A DNA stretch of 58,285 nt, filler included, from Jimgerdemannia flammicorona (Eukaryota): the NCBI GenBank assembly GCA_003990765.1. It is 3 parts of 3 records of this genome, joined end to end, with 100 filler letters (N's around TTAATTAATTAA, not from the genome) between each part and the next. Parts side by side here need not be neighbours in the genome. Positions count along the whole stretch, not along the records: positions 1 to 19,370 come from RBNJ01001954.1; positions 19,471 to 38,829 come from RBNJ01001955.1; 1 more part is not named here. One strand, 5' to 3'. Position numbers and translations under genes: made by a program. Positions 12,701 through 27,524 of this stretch are shown in pieces (within the stretch, counting starts at the first letter, position 1; each line of letters starts with the position of its first letter). The notes under the pieces were generated by a model. That model worked only from the letters and a program-made list of their open reading frames with translations. It searched no databases and was not told the origin of the DNA.

Positions 12701-14879
12701 GGGAGGGGTGATCAGTAGCAACAGGAGAAGTAGTGCAGGTGAGAGACATATGGAGAGATGCAGTGGTGAACGTATGGTCAATATACATATATAGATCCAG
12801 CTACCAGGGTCAGATGGTTCAATGACTACATCATCAAGGAGATATTGACAACATCCATCCAATCTCTAGGACCAGAGTTGACATCACTAAGTTGGGTACC
12901 AAAGCAGATATTGATGTCACCAATCAAAGGGCCTTGCCTGGGAAGGGGCCAGACATAAGATTATGGAAATCACTAATAGTAAGAGAGGGGGGGGCATAAA
13001 CTATGACTAAGCTAAGCTCTGAAACATGAGCAGAATATGGAAGGGGTCAGTAGAGGACCTGGAAATAAGAGAGGTGAAATGGTTTGACATAAGGACTATG
13101 AGACCACAATTCTGGTGACCTATAATCCTGTGTGATGCCAGGGGAGAAGATATGTGAACAAGCAGAGAGGGATACAGTAGGATATACTATATTTCACATA
13201 TGAAAAGAATATTGAGAGCAGGATCAATCAGCCAACTGAGTACATTGAACTTGTTCTGAGTTAGTCTATGTATTGAGGAACCCAACTCTTAGGCAACAGC
13301 CTATAGAAAAAAAAAAAAAAAAAAAAAAAAAGAGGAACCCAACTCTCATTGTAGGCTGGGTGCATTAGCATCAATAGCATGGGAAGTATCTGAAGAGAAA
13401 GCCTCAGCTTCCAGATTCATCGCCATCTCCCCAGTCATGACTACAGTACCACCTGCCTTCAAAGCAGGGCTGACCAACAGAGGAGTGAGAGAGTGGAGAG
13501 TGAGGCCAAGTTCTACAGCCCATACCTTGTAGAACATCTGCAACTCTGGCCTCTTTGCAGTAGCATTGCCAACCAACTGCTAGACCAAAGTATAGGAGAA
13601 TTGGAGTACTCATGCTTTCATGGCCTCTGTGGTGTTCTTGTTGTGTGGGAGGGCAGAGTTCTAGGCCAAAAGTACCAAAAACCCAAGCACCTTCATCTTC
13701 TTTTGGAATGCCATGACATAATTAGGGTAGAGGAGGAATTTAATGATTAATACCAAAGCATACAATATTTTGAGACCTTTTGACAACATCATATGGATGT
13801 TATACAGTTCTTCCAGATCTGCCTGATCTTCAAATAGGTGAATCCATTAAAATAAATATGCTACAGCCTGGCATCTCTTTTAGTGAGCAACAAATGAGAG
13901 TTCAGCTGGTTGGTCATACATGAGAGGACAGTGGTAGTGGTAGCCCTTTCAGTCTTGGGGTAGGCCTGAGTCCTATTCTTGATAGTGACCTTCTTGGTAG
14001 TGGCCCAGGGGCCTTGCCCTTACCCTTTTTAAAGGGTATGGCTTTGGCAGCCAGAGGTGCTGCCATGAGAGTTGCCTTCTTCAGACTGTGATATAGCAGC
14101 TTTAGTGGCCTGCTTGTCTACTCACTTCTGGGCCTTCAACCACATGTTTGTGACAGGACCAGTAGGAGGGGGGGCTGAGGACTTAGGGGGGGTAGTTGTG
14201 GAAGGAGCAGTGGGGGTACTTTCTGAAGGAGTACCAGATAACATGAGGGCAGTGGGCACTATAAGCACAGCAAGCTATGCCATCAGCTGAGTATTGATCT
14301 TGGCCATTTCAACCACTTGAGTTAGCAGATCTGAGATCTGCTTTCTCATTATGGCCATCTCTATGACCAGATCAGGGTTAGCTGAGGGGCCTGCATGACT
14401 AGCTATCAGGGTCATATCCAAACTAGTATTCAGGCGACCACACTTATTCCAATTGAGGAATGAGGGTGTGGGAGAGAAGGGTGGACACTGGGCATCATGA
14501 CCTGAATTAGAAGAGATTGTGATCTCTTCATTATCTTTCACATCATGCAGGGAAGACAAATATGCCAATATCAGTTATATATCCCTATATAACCTATATA
14601 TTGCTATAAGGCTACTCTTATCGAAACTGAGAGAGAGAAGACTGATGCAGTATAGTAGAGAGAGGCACCAAAGTACACAAAGAGATAGTGGTATTACCAT
14701 CATTACTAATGAAGGAGGAGGTGGCCAATATTGCTAGAATAGGTAAAGATGTGTTTATTTATATTTAGGAAATTGTGAAATGCAGGTCACATGACCTTTG
14801 TTGTGCAATGAAAAAATGATGAGGAAGTGGGTATTTATACCCAATAGAAGGCTTAGCAAAATCAAAGTGACTGCTTTCA
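9791..14879 (-). mobile_element. Telomeric-junction LINE copy D, near full length (~5.1 kb; ORF1 plus APE endonuclease-RT-zinc-finger ORF2, decayed)
   Basis: Minus-strand motifs: LVIVYAPP (~12990-13010), LIGDINI (~12910-12930) and YIDH...TDH (12700-12790) indicate APE. ITLTEMFRRLFE, LFQGSLLSPWLFDIFID, FFVDDIAL and FIRPQLEYG indicate RT. CPCSCRDKFNHGH is a C-terminal zinc finger. ORF1 remnants lie at ~13350-14570. The 3' junction reads GGGTAAGAGTTAGGGTTAGG. Confidence 0.9.
13275..13346 (+). mobile_element. Minimal retrotransposed insertion (17 nt plus A25) with perfect 15-bp TSD
   Basis: GAGGAACCCAACTCT (13275-13289), then TAGGCAACAGCCTATAG(A)25, then GAGGAACCCAACTCT (13332-13346). Confidence 0.9.
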
Positions 14880-16023
14880 TTAGGGTTAGGGTTAGGTACA
14901 AGTAAGAATTTATTTATTGTAGAGAAGATAAGATACATCAGAGCAATAAACAACAAAGACTGTTAAAATGAGAAAAACAAAAAGAGGCTAGTGAAATAAA
15001 CAACTAGCTAAGAAGAATAAGATAAAGTCCAAAAAGATGACTATCTTATAGATGGACTGGATAAACTATTTTGTCATAGCTATAAGGATAATAAATGCAA
15101 AAAGCAAAGAAGAGAGAAGCTAAGATAAAATACACAAATACTCAGTACTAACTATATGAACAAATCAATACTCAAATACCAAACAACTGATATGAGATAT
15201 ATAACTCAATATGCTCTCAATAACAAGAGAACCAACCAAGACAAATGGGAAAGGAGAGGAATAAAGAAAATGTATAATCACTCAAACACCCTAGTATCTT
15301 TATAATCTTGGTCAGACTGAACCCATCTACAAGGTGGCTATCAGAATTACACATGACATCAATAGTATGATAGATTGTCTTATGAAGAGCATGAAGAGTG
15401 TAGGCATGAAGTTCTTCCCGCTATTTGTTACCAGTAAATCAATTGAGTTATTCATCTCAATCAGAATTATCTCAGAAGACAGAATAGGAACCATTAACAA
15501 CTGTACCTGAGGAGATGACTATGATGAAACTTACTTATCGCTATAGAGGCAGAGGTGGAGTCGGCCAAAGTAGCCATTATACTAGGCAAGAGCAGAGCAT
15601 ACAAGCTGGCAGGAGAAGAAGAGGATGTGATTGGTACCCCAAGACCATAAATAGCCTTTGGGAGTGATATACCAAATGAGCACCTAAGACAAGAATGCCC
15701 ATTTATAGAGTAGCTAGTCCTGAAGGAATGACTGAAGAAAGGAGCAGAGCAATTGAGTCTTGCAGATCTGAGGATGGAGGTCTCAGTACTAGTTGAGGAA
15801 GTCAAGCCAAGAGGTCTAATGCTGGAACTTATCAATGATAGAACCCAGTGGATACATGACAAAGCACTCACTAAGGGCACTGATGTGGTTATTGCCAGAC
15901 TTGCTACACTAATCTAGATGGGCTTGGAATATGTAGCAGAGGTCTAACATATGACAAAGAAAGGGAGGGAGGCTAAGAATCGAACTGCTAAGCAAGGGTT
16001 GGCCAGAAAATCTGATCACTCAA
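14880..16023 (-). mobile_element. Telomeric-junction LINE copy E (3' ~1.1 kb, interrupted by a gypsy LTR)
   Basis: Starts TTAGGGTTAGGGTTAGG-TACAAG. It is colinear with 9811-10980 until the LTR begins at 16024. Confidence 0.88.
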
Positions 16024-19000
16024 TGTAAGAGGATTGCTTTTTAGGGTAACCGTTATGTAGTTCTGGAAGGGTTTTCTGGAAGTTCTGGATATTCTAGAAG
16101 ACCATTTTCTTATGGTTAAGATCAATTTCATATGGAGTACATCCTCTATACTTATTGATTTCAAGATCACATTGATGTCTCAACCAAAGTCCTTTTTCAG
16201 ACTAGTTCTGGATATTCAGGATTTTCCGTATTTCAGGAAGTTCAAGAGACTAAGACTAGCTTAGTTGAATTGGCATATTGCTGCAGACAATACCCAATTA
16301 GGAAATTTCATGATGGGATTAGGAGTGGGACCTAATGGGGTAGATTTACTTAAGAGTGGTTTGTGGGTTATTAAATAGGTTTATTTACTATTCATGATAT
16401 TGCTATACTAGGAGTAATTGTATAGGAGATATTGTGGGGAAGTGTTTAGGAATAGTCTTGTGTGTTTGAGTCTGAGATTCTGAGGTCTGGGGGAATACTA
16501 GTGAGGGGCTATCTGGACTATGCTAAATATAGATGTAGCACTAAGTACCTTGCTGAGTTGGAATGCAGTCACATAGTACAAGTGTGATCTGATATGTCAA
16601 GAGATTGTCTGACTGCTGAGTCAGTTCACAGTCACGTGGTTCAAGGCTAATCTAACTATACTATGACTGCTAGGCTATTTATAGGTTTAGGCACTGTCTA
16701 GGTAGTCCTCGATGATATCACCATCAATTGCATCATCTCTGATGAAGTAGTCATCTAGAAAGAGTGGTTTGTGGATTACTTCTCCTTGTTTGCTGAGATA
16801 ATAATATATTAGAACTTCATCACCATCCCACAGAATAGCATAGTCTGTCTCATATGCTGGATAAGGTGTTGGTTCGTGAAGGAGGGGTATATCATCTTCA
16901 CTTTCATCAGATTCACTGTCTGCATACCTTCTGTAGGTTACAGCACTATGAGTTGCAGGGTTGTAGTAAGCTGGTGGCTGTGGTTCATGTTGCTCATACT
17001 TGGGTGGTGGAGTGATTGGTTCAACCTCGAGGGTTGTCTGGAGGTACAGGTCATGTTCTCCAGTCTCTTCATTATAGTTGAAGTAATCGGGAGTGAACGC
17101 AGGTTGGTATTCATGCCAGTGGTCATTGTCCCAATAAGTCTCATGTGCCATTATGAATTGTTGTAAGTTCATTAGCAAGGTTGGCAGTGTGATCAGGGTT
17201 GGCAGAAATCCTTGGCTAGAGGTCATGTCGGCATCAGAGGGATCATTATCTTCTGCTTCATCTTCATCGAAGTAGATTATATCATAGATGTCCTTTATGG
17301 TATATCCAACTTGGAGCATTTGCAGGATATGATCATTGGGGTGTGGAAAGGTTCTGTCTGTGGTGTCAATATACTCAAGATACTTGTTGTATCATGTCAT
17401 CAATTTGGCCATAGAACAGGGTAGCAACCATTTCAGCTGTGGTAACTCGGAGGTGGGTAATAATGGTGCTATACTCATAGAAGAGTTCTTGATGTTTGCG
17501 GGCAATGAGCTTCTGATGTTGAGACATCTTGGTAATGTCTGTATCATGGTGGTATTCGATCATGTCTTCCAGGAGGTGGCTGATCTGGTAGTAGCTTGAG
17601 ATTTGTCTGATTCGGTTGGCCTCGCTAAGCATGTTCAGAGCATTCCATCGGGCTTCCACAAAGTAGAGGGGTGCTAGTCTATGGATATTTATGAGGGGCA
17701 GAGGGGGTGTGGCTTGGTTGACAATGGCATTCCAAATGTCAGTACAGATACAGGTATAGATCTTGGTGGTCATGTTTGTATGTTTGGAAGTTGTGGTTGT
17801 TATTTGTTTTGGTTCTCTGATTTGACACATCTTGGTGCTCAGTATATATGCATTTGATCCTGATTGGTAAGATTCCGTTTGTGTAAATCTTGTGTTCTGT
17901 GACTTCATATTGACTCAGCTTTGTATGCCATGACTTTGGTTTGACTCAGCTTTGTGATCAAGCAGGTGATTTCCAGATTTGTTCAGAGGTCACATGTGAT
18001 TTCAGTGGCTTGGAGGTTGTGTACTTACAACCCTCCCCTTCTTAGCTTTCGACATCCTCATCAGGGCCTTCTAATTTTATTCAGTGGTACAGGGAGAATA
18101 GGCTTGCTTTCAGTTTTGCCATTTTTCCAGAGGGTCAGTATTCTTGTTTTGTTTTGCTGAGTTCTTGGTTTGGTTTGCAATAATTATAATATTCAGGAGG
18201 ATAATATACAGTATGTACAGATAGGTGTGGAGTATTTGGTTCTAGTTGTTCAAGAAATTATATTCCTGAACTAGGTCAGTAGTATTCTGGAGATTGGTCT
18301 TGGGTTCCCAGGTTACATCGTGGATCAGGTAACCTTTCTATTTGACAAGATACTCAGGGTGGCTCTTGTTGCCATGTTTGTTGAGGATTTGTTCAACTTT
18401 GTACTCTTCTTGATCATTAATAATGACAGGTGCAGGTGGTTTGGTGGTCCAGTGTGGAAATAGCTTGTCATCATTCTCATTGTATCACTTGAGACATTGA
18501 ACATTAAAGACTGGGTGAATCTTAATGGTATCCAGTAGCACCAATTTGTAGGAGGTTAGAGAGACTTGTGCAATGACTTCAAATGGTCCAATGAACTTGC
18601 TGTTCAGCTTTGTAGATAGTCTGTGCTTGAGATTGTCAACTCGGTATCCTCTGATGTCCAGTAGAACTTTTTCTCCAATATTAAAGATTTCTTCTTGGCG
18701 GTGTTGGTTAATATACTGTAACTGTTGTTCTTGAGCTCATGATAAATTCTCGATGGCAATCTGACTTAGGTTGCACATTCGAAGTAGGAATTCTTCAACA
18801 GCTTCAACTATGGAGGGTTCTTCAGTGGTTCGGATAAGTGTCAAAGAGGTGTTTGGGTTTTGTCCAGTGTTAGTGAAGAATGGGGTCATTCTGAGAGAGG
18901 CTTGCTTGCTATTGTTATAGGCAAACTCAACTGTGGTAAGGTGTTCATGCCAGTCATCTTGTCTGTAGGAAACATAGTTCCTTAGCATATGTTCCAGAGT

Positions 19001-19370
19001 TTAGTTCATTCTTTCAGTTTGGTTATCAGTTTCCAGGTGAAAGGCTGTGGATAGTGCAAGTTTTGTTCCAAGGTGTGTATGGAGGGCTTTCCAAAAATGG
19101 CTGGTGAATTTCGCATCTTGGTCACTAATAATGATCTTGGGAAGACCATGATAGCAGAAGATGTTGTCAAACAAGAGTATGGCTATGTCTGGTGCTGTTG
19201 CAGTAGTGGTAGTAGGCACAAAGTGGGCTTGTTTGCTGAGATAGTTCACAAAGAAAACAATTGCATCTTTCCCATTCTTGGTTCAGGGTAGTTGTACAAT
19301 GAAGTCCATAGAGATTTGTTCCCAATTTGTAGATGGTACTGGGACAGGGTGAAGTAAGCTGGGTTTTGCT
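16024..19370 (-). mobile_element. Ty3/gypsy chromovirus 3' part: integrase, chromodomain, PPT and ~2-kb 3' LTR (16024-18029)
   Basis: Integrase motifs SDQDAKFTSHFW, STAFHLETDNQTERMN and VEFAYNNS. Chromodomain EYKVEQIL...YLVK.KGY...TWEP at ~18290-18410. The PPT complement ACCCTCCCCTT is at 18030-18040. The LTR is bounded by TGTAAG...CTTACA. Confidence 0.92.
16687..17908 (-). pseudogene. LTR-internal ORF of unknown function (177-aa and 210-aa pieces of one ancestral ~410-aa ORF)
   Basis: Two long ORFs. The paralogous LTR (30811-30822) has 11 extra nt at the junction, which restores a single frame. Confidence 0.75.
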
Positions 19371-19470
19371 NNNNNNNNNNNNNNNNNNNNNNNNNNNNNN
19401 NNNNNNNNNNNNNNTTAATTAATTAANNNNNNNNNNNNNNNNNNNNNNNNNNNNNNNNNNNNNNNNNNNN
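19371..19470. other. Artificial contig spacer
   Basis: 44 N, TTAATTAATTAA (stops in all frames), 44 N. Confidence 0.98.
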
Positions 19471-19797
19471 TTTTTTTTGCAGTCAAATTCAGCTGTATTA
19501 TAGAGTAAGGAATATATCATCCTATACAATATGATAATAAAAGATGAGTAAGATGAGAAGGGGTTGAAAGCCAAGTATGACTTCTTGAAAAATTACCAAC
19601 CAGTCTAGTAGGAGCAATTACAGAATATAAAAGTCTTTCCCAATCACTACTACCAAATTTGAGATAAATAAGATCTTAATAGTCTTATTCCACTGTTTCT
19701 CTATAAAGTTTAAAATTAATTTTATATTTATACTAAAGAACTAAATAGTTGGAAATATCTTTGAGTTATTATATTATCCTAGAGCTGATGAAAGGGG

Positions 19798-20620
19798 GTG
19801 TTGGAGCGACGACTTTGTTACGCCGTCATTTCTTTGCCGTGGAGCGAAACACACAGCGATCTTTACGACGTCCTCAAACCTTTCTGCATCAACCACCTTT
19901 CCATCGGTGTCCTCAATGATCTCTCCGAGGCCCTCGAGTTTCTGCTGACACGACCCAACCCCACGGATTTCGAAACCTCCGAGTACGGCCTGTTGCTAGC
20001 TGTAGTTGAATGGGCCTGGGCGCAGGAGAAAACGTCCCTCATGTATCCGAACGTGCGCTGCCTTTGATGCGATCACGAACTTGAACGTTACACACGGCAT
20101 CAACATTGTCCTGGGGAGATAGTCTAGCGCGCGAGTCGTTGCTAAAGATGATCCAGTACGTGGATCTCACCACATCGTCTGAGGAGCTTTACCGAGGCCA
20201 TTGATATCTATGAAATCAATCCGCCATATATGGTATTCTGACATCATGCTTGTAAGAATACCTGTCCGTCGGGACACCTTCGGGGTTTCGTAGAAAACGG
20301 CACGTTTCCGATTTCAAGTTGGGTTGCTTTCTAATCGGTACGGGTCTCGTCATCTCCGAAGGTGGCAAGGTCGTTCAACTACCTGTAAACGCAACTGAAT
20401 TCAACCTGTCGAACGCATCCGACCCCTGCGCGACTATGGGACATCGTCGTTGAATCGGTCGGCATTTTAGATCCGAACACTCCTTTTACTATCGTTGGCC
20501 TGGTCGGGGGAGAGCGGACATTTTGACGAATAATCGTGGTGGGCTTTCGGCTCTCTCGAAGTAGCTTACGGAATCAGGATCCAAAGTGGCGATGTTATAA
20601 CCTTTTACCTCAACCTGAGT
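19798..20620 (+). pseudogene. BTB/BACK-type protein fragment, frameshifted and 5'-truncated
   Basis: ALEFLL...FETSEYGLLLAVVEWA resembles the BACK-domain E..L..AV..W motif. The CpG-rich coding-like sequence continues with stops and frameshifts and abuts AT-rich DNA on the left. Confidence 0.5.
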
Positions 20621-20966
20621 GATCATACTTGTGCCCTCTCAATTAATGACCCAGATTATGGAACTGCTTGGACATATAGTATACCCTTTGGGATGTTGTT
20701 TCGTGGTGCCCAATATCGCATTCAAGCTCGTTCGTAAAAAAACGGACTCGGGCGAACTTTGTAGCGAGGGTAAATGTACGCTAAGGATTTATTTTTTTAT
20801 TTTGGTTTACATTTTTACTGACACTACAACCTATGATTATTCCAATGATCTCCCGGCTAACTTTGAACTTATATTTAGATGTATCCATAGTAAGCGATAT
20901 TGATCCAGCTTATTAAATAACCATAAATACGATCCGCTCTTTTGGAGAATGCAGAGACATCACGCC

Positions 20967-20973
20967 TATAAAT
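20967..20973 (+). promoter_or_regulatory. Candidate TATA box of the PAP gene
   Basis: TATAAAT about 150 nt upstream of ATG 21119. Confidence 0.4.
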
Positions 20974-21118
20974 AGCCGAGCCGATAGGGCACGGCGGTGG
21001 GTGGATCTGTGTCCTTAATGGTCTGCGGACCGTCTACATAGGGATATGGAAGTGTGGCGCAGTTCGTTGTCATTGACGACCAAAGTCATTCTCTTCCATT
21101 CCACGAAAAGAAAACTAC

Positions 21119-24141
<3,023 letters not shown>

Positions 24142-25972
24142 ACGCTGTACAACGAATATGTATGAGAAAGCCGACACGATGACGTGGACGATGGGATAGC
24201 TTGTGCTGAAAAATGGCTCCGCTAGACACGATTGTGTCGTTGGCTCGTGATGAGGATCATGGACGGGCCCGACGCATTTGGCTTGAGCAGTCTCTATGGG
24301 GTAAAGGGATTCGGTGATCTGATGTTGAAGTGTGCTCCAGATGTCATGTTGGGTTGGCTTCACGGACGTTTGTAGGGTGGTTTCTCTTCGTTCAATTCTT
24401 CGGCTTTGGCTTCGGTTTTTCGTCAATTTACGTATCTAAAATGTGTGGCTTAAATGATTGTGTTCAGTGATTACGTTGTCGTAAATGCCTGGTGTTGAGC
24501 AATGACGATGCGTCCGAACCTTTCGGGCGGTGTTATCTTTGCAAGGCAATTCGGATACGATTCGATTCGTGGGTGGCGAATCGCGCACAACCCCGCTCAG
24601 CACACTCCGCTTCAGCATGCCCGCTAAGACAATTAAGAACAAGGTCAAGGTCAACGCAGACCCTCAACGCTAAGGAATAGTAATCGAAAAGCAAGCTTCA
24701 CTCAGACGTATGCTCTCGTTTTTTTTGTTTTTTTTTCTCCTTTCTCGTTCTCTCTCCCTTCTACTCGCTCGTCCCTTCAGTAATCCCGCCCGTCTTTTAC
24801 CTGGTTGTATATCATTCGGCATTTACCCTACTCGGGACCACCCATCCGTATGCGCGGTTCTGGTAGTAAAGTGGGAGAGGCTGGTTTAACTAGTAATTAT
24901 ATAATAATAACAATAAAGAAGTTGCTTTTGTTAACTAAAATATAAAGTGATCAAGCTTGATAAACTACATAAGACTTAACTTTTATTAAATTCAATTCGA
25001 ACACTATTCTATAAATCTAAATAATATATATAATATAATCTGCAAAGCAATACTTACGTATATACATATCATTCTGTTTGCATAAAAGTATATATTAAAA
25101 AGTTCAACAATAAATATTAAAGCTATATAAAACAGGGGCTTTGACCCTCTGGAGCAAAACATGCAAAGAATACTAAGATTGTTTACAAGTTACCATTCTT
25201 TTTTTCTTTATTTTTATATCAACAAATCAGACATAACACTATGCACTACTTACAATAGTGGACATTGGCAAAACTAATCCTCACACCGAGAGCCCATAAT
25301 ACAATAATACACATTGAATAGCAAGCAAGGTTATAAACCACTCTAGTTGTCAGCCATTTCCACAATCCTTTCCTCCCACCCTCCATCGCTGCTACCCATC
25401 CAACCGCCCTAAGGCGAGCACCGCAATTCATTATTCTCCATCGTGGGAAATCATCCATCCTCCTTATTCGTCAACCGATGCAAACCCGCTGTCGACTCGG
25501 TCGAACCACTACTTCCGAGTTGTCTCGGGAGCACCAGCGTGGTGATAGCGGGAAGGCGGGTATGAAAACGCGGGAGGTTGGTATTTCTATGTTGTGATTC
25601 GTGATTTCGTGAACCTCTTGCTCATTCCAGATACGAAACTAACGACGTCGCAACTTTCTCGGTCACAATATCCACCCTCTTCGACCAGCTCCGTCGAGGA
25701 AGAAAACGGCCGTGATGTGTGCGGAAGGCTAAACCGTTGAAAAGGTGGCATGGGACTATGAGATAGGGAATGGAGATTATTTAGGGAGTAGATCTTTCTC
25801 GCCTGAAACAATGAAGTCCGTCGGCGGGAGGGTGTATATAAACGCAATACGTGTGTAAACCGCCCAAGGATATTTACTCTAGTGATGGCTAATTGGTTTT
25901 TTGTGTGTTTGGCATATATTCAATATTTCCACAGAGCCACTAAGCCACCTTTCTACGAGCCGTTCCATCGCT

Positions 25973-27061
25973 ATGTTCCGCCACATCGCAACCCCGACCT
26001 CGCTCCTCCCCCGCCTCCCCCGCCTCCCCCGCCTCCTCCCGCAACCGCCCATCCGCTACCTCTCCTCGGCCCGAGACCCCTCGAGCTCGATCCAAGACCC
26101 CCCGGGCTCGACCCAAGCCCCCCTGAGCTCGACCCAAGATCCCCCGAGCTCGACCCAAAGCTTCCCGGGCTCGACCCAAAACCCTCCAGGTTCGACCCCA
26201 AAACCTCCGGCCTTGTCCCTTGCCGAACGTCTCCTTAATCGCGAATTCAGCACCGACAACCTCCCCCCGAGCTCAACCCAAAACCCTCCGGGTTCGAACC
26301 AAAAAACCCCGGACTCGAACCTTGTCGACCGCCCCCGTAACCGCGGGTTCGGCCGCGGACTCAACGCCGACGACCCCCTTGCCCGCGCCGCCGCCTCGCA
26401 ACAGATCTCAAACGCGTCCCCCGACAGTGACCAGCCAGGATTCACGCCCAACAGGGGGTGGAGAGGGCCACCACCATCCGCGCAGAAAAATGTGAAGATG
26501 CGAAACGAGCAGCAGGGTCAGCAGCAGGTCCACCCAAACCAATTTGATGATGCCCACGTCGATAGTGTCCTCGATCAGATCCTGGACAACATAACTTCCG
26601 CTCATCCTCGCCGGAAATTTAATAACAACAATCACGACCAGCAGCAACAGAGACCCCAGCGTGCATCCAACCCTAACTTCAAACGACAGCAACTACGCCC
26701 TGCACGTTTCATCAAGCCCACCTCAAAGCGCCCAGAAGCCCCCCCGCGTAAATCAGAGGTCTTCATCCCACGCGAGATCGAATGGCGCGAAGACGACCAT
26801 ACCCTCAACAAGCCCGCCAACGTGCTGGATGAGAAAGATCGCATTCAGCATGTGCTTGAGGCCCACCACGGCGACTACGCGCGCTACATTGCCGTCGCGG
26901 ACGCCGCCGAAGGCACGAAGACTGTTAATGCGGCACCGAGGGCTGTACCACCCGAAAGCGCTCGGGTCGCGGGGTTGATAGTTGGGCAGAATGCCACGTA
27001 CTCACTGGACGCGAAGGCCACGCTGTTGAAGAAGCTGAATGAATTTGGCGGGGTGAATTGA
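25973..27061 (+). CDS. Hypothetical protein (362 aa), likely mitochondrially targeted
   Basis: Uninterrupted GC-rich ORF. The Arg/Leu/Ser-rich, acid-free N-terminus ends IRYLSS (presequence-like). It has STQxPPG repeats and a compact C-terminal region GDYARY...GQNATYS. Confidence 0.8.
   Translation: MFRHIATPTSLLPRLPRLPRLLPQPPIRYLSSARDPSSSIQDPPGSTQAPLSSTQDPPSSTQSFPGSTQNPPGSTPKPPALSLAERLLNREFSTDNLPPSSTQNPPGSNQKTPDSNLVDRPRNRGFGRGLNADDPLARAAASQQISNASPDSDQPGFTPNRGWRGPPPSAQKNVKMRNEQQGQQQVHPNQFDDAHVDSVLDQILDNITSAHPRRKFNNNNHDQQQQRPQRASNPNFKRQQLRPARFIKPTSKRPEAPPRKSEVFIPREIEWREDDHTLNKPANVLDEKDRIQHVLEAHHGDYARYIAVADAAEGTKTVNAAPRAVPPESARVAGLIVGQNATYSLDAKATLLKKLNEFGGVN
26085..26310 (+). repeat. Coding 21-bp minisatellite (7-aa S-T-Q-x-P-P-G/S units)
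   Basis: Repeated GCTCGACCCAAGACCCCCCGG-like units: about 6 in tandem plus 2 more after a spacer. Confidence 0.8.
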
Positions 27062-27524
27062 GGGAGGTTGCAAGAGAAAAGGGGATTGAGAAGAGGCGTT
27101 GGTTCATAGAATATAATATCCGCCGCCTACTCATGTTTTTGAGTATGGGGCCACCATTGGCAGGAGAATCCAGGCCGAATATGCTTCGTCCCAAAATAAA
27201 TGGGAATCATCTTGGTGCGTAGGAAGGATAACGTTTGAACATGGCTGGGTTGCAAACAAGTGGGGATTTGACGACGTTTCCAGCATCTAAGTTAACGATA
27301 ATGAAAAATCCATTGCCGTGGGTACCGTGCGCCTAAAAAAAATCCGTTTGTTTTCTTTTATTGAACTTAACAAAGTTTCCTATTTACTCAAAATGAATCT
27401 TTCCAACCGAAAACTGAACAATTCGTCCGTTGCTATCTCATATAGACGCATAAGATAAATGGTTATGCAAGTTACGCCAACGAATCCGCGAAACCAACGG
27501 ACACGAGGAGCCAAAATAAGACCC

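Noticed and set aside
19371..19470. TTAATTAATTAA palindromes inside N runs (also 38830-38929) as biological sites, and any linkage between the three segments
   Set aside because: These are identical 100-nt synthetic spacers. The flanking pieces are near-equal in length (19370, 19359, 19356), as in a length-sorted contig concatenation, so adjacency is meaningless.
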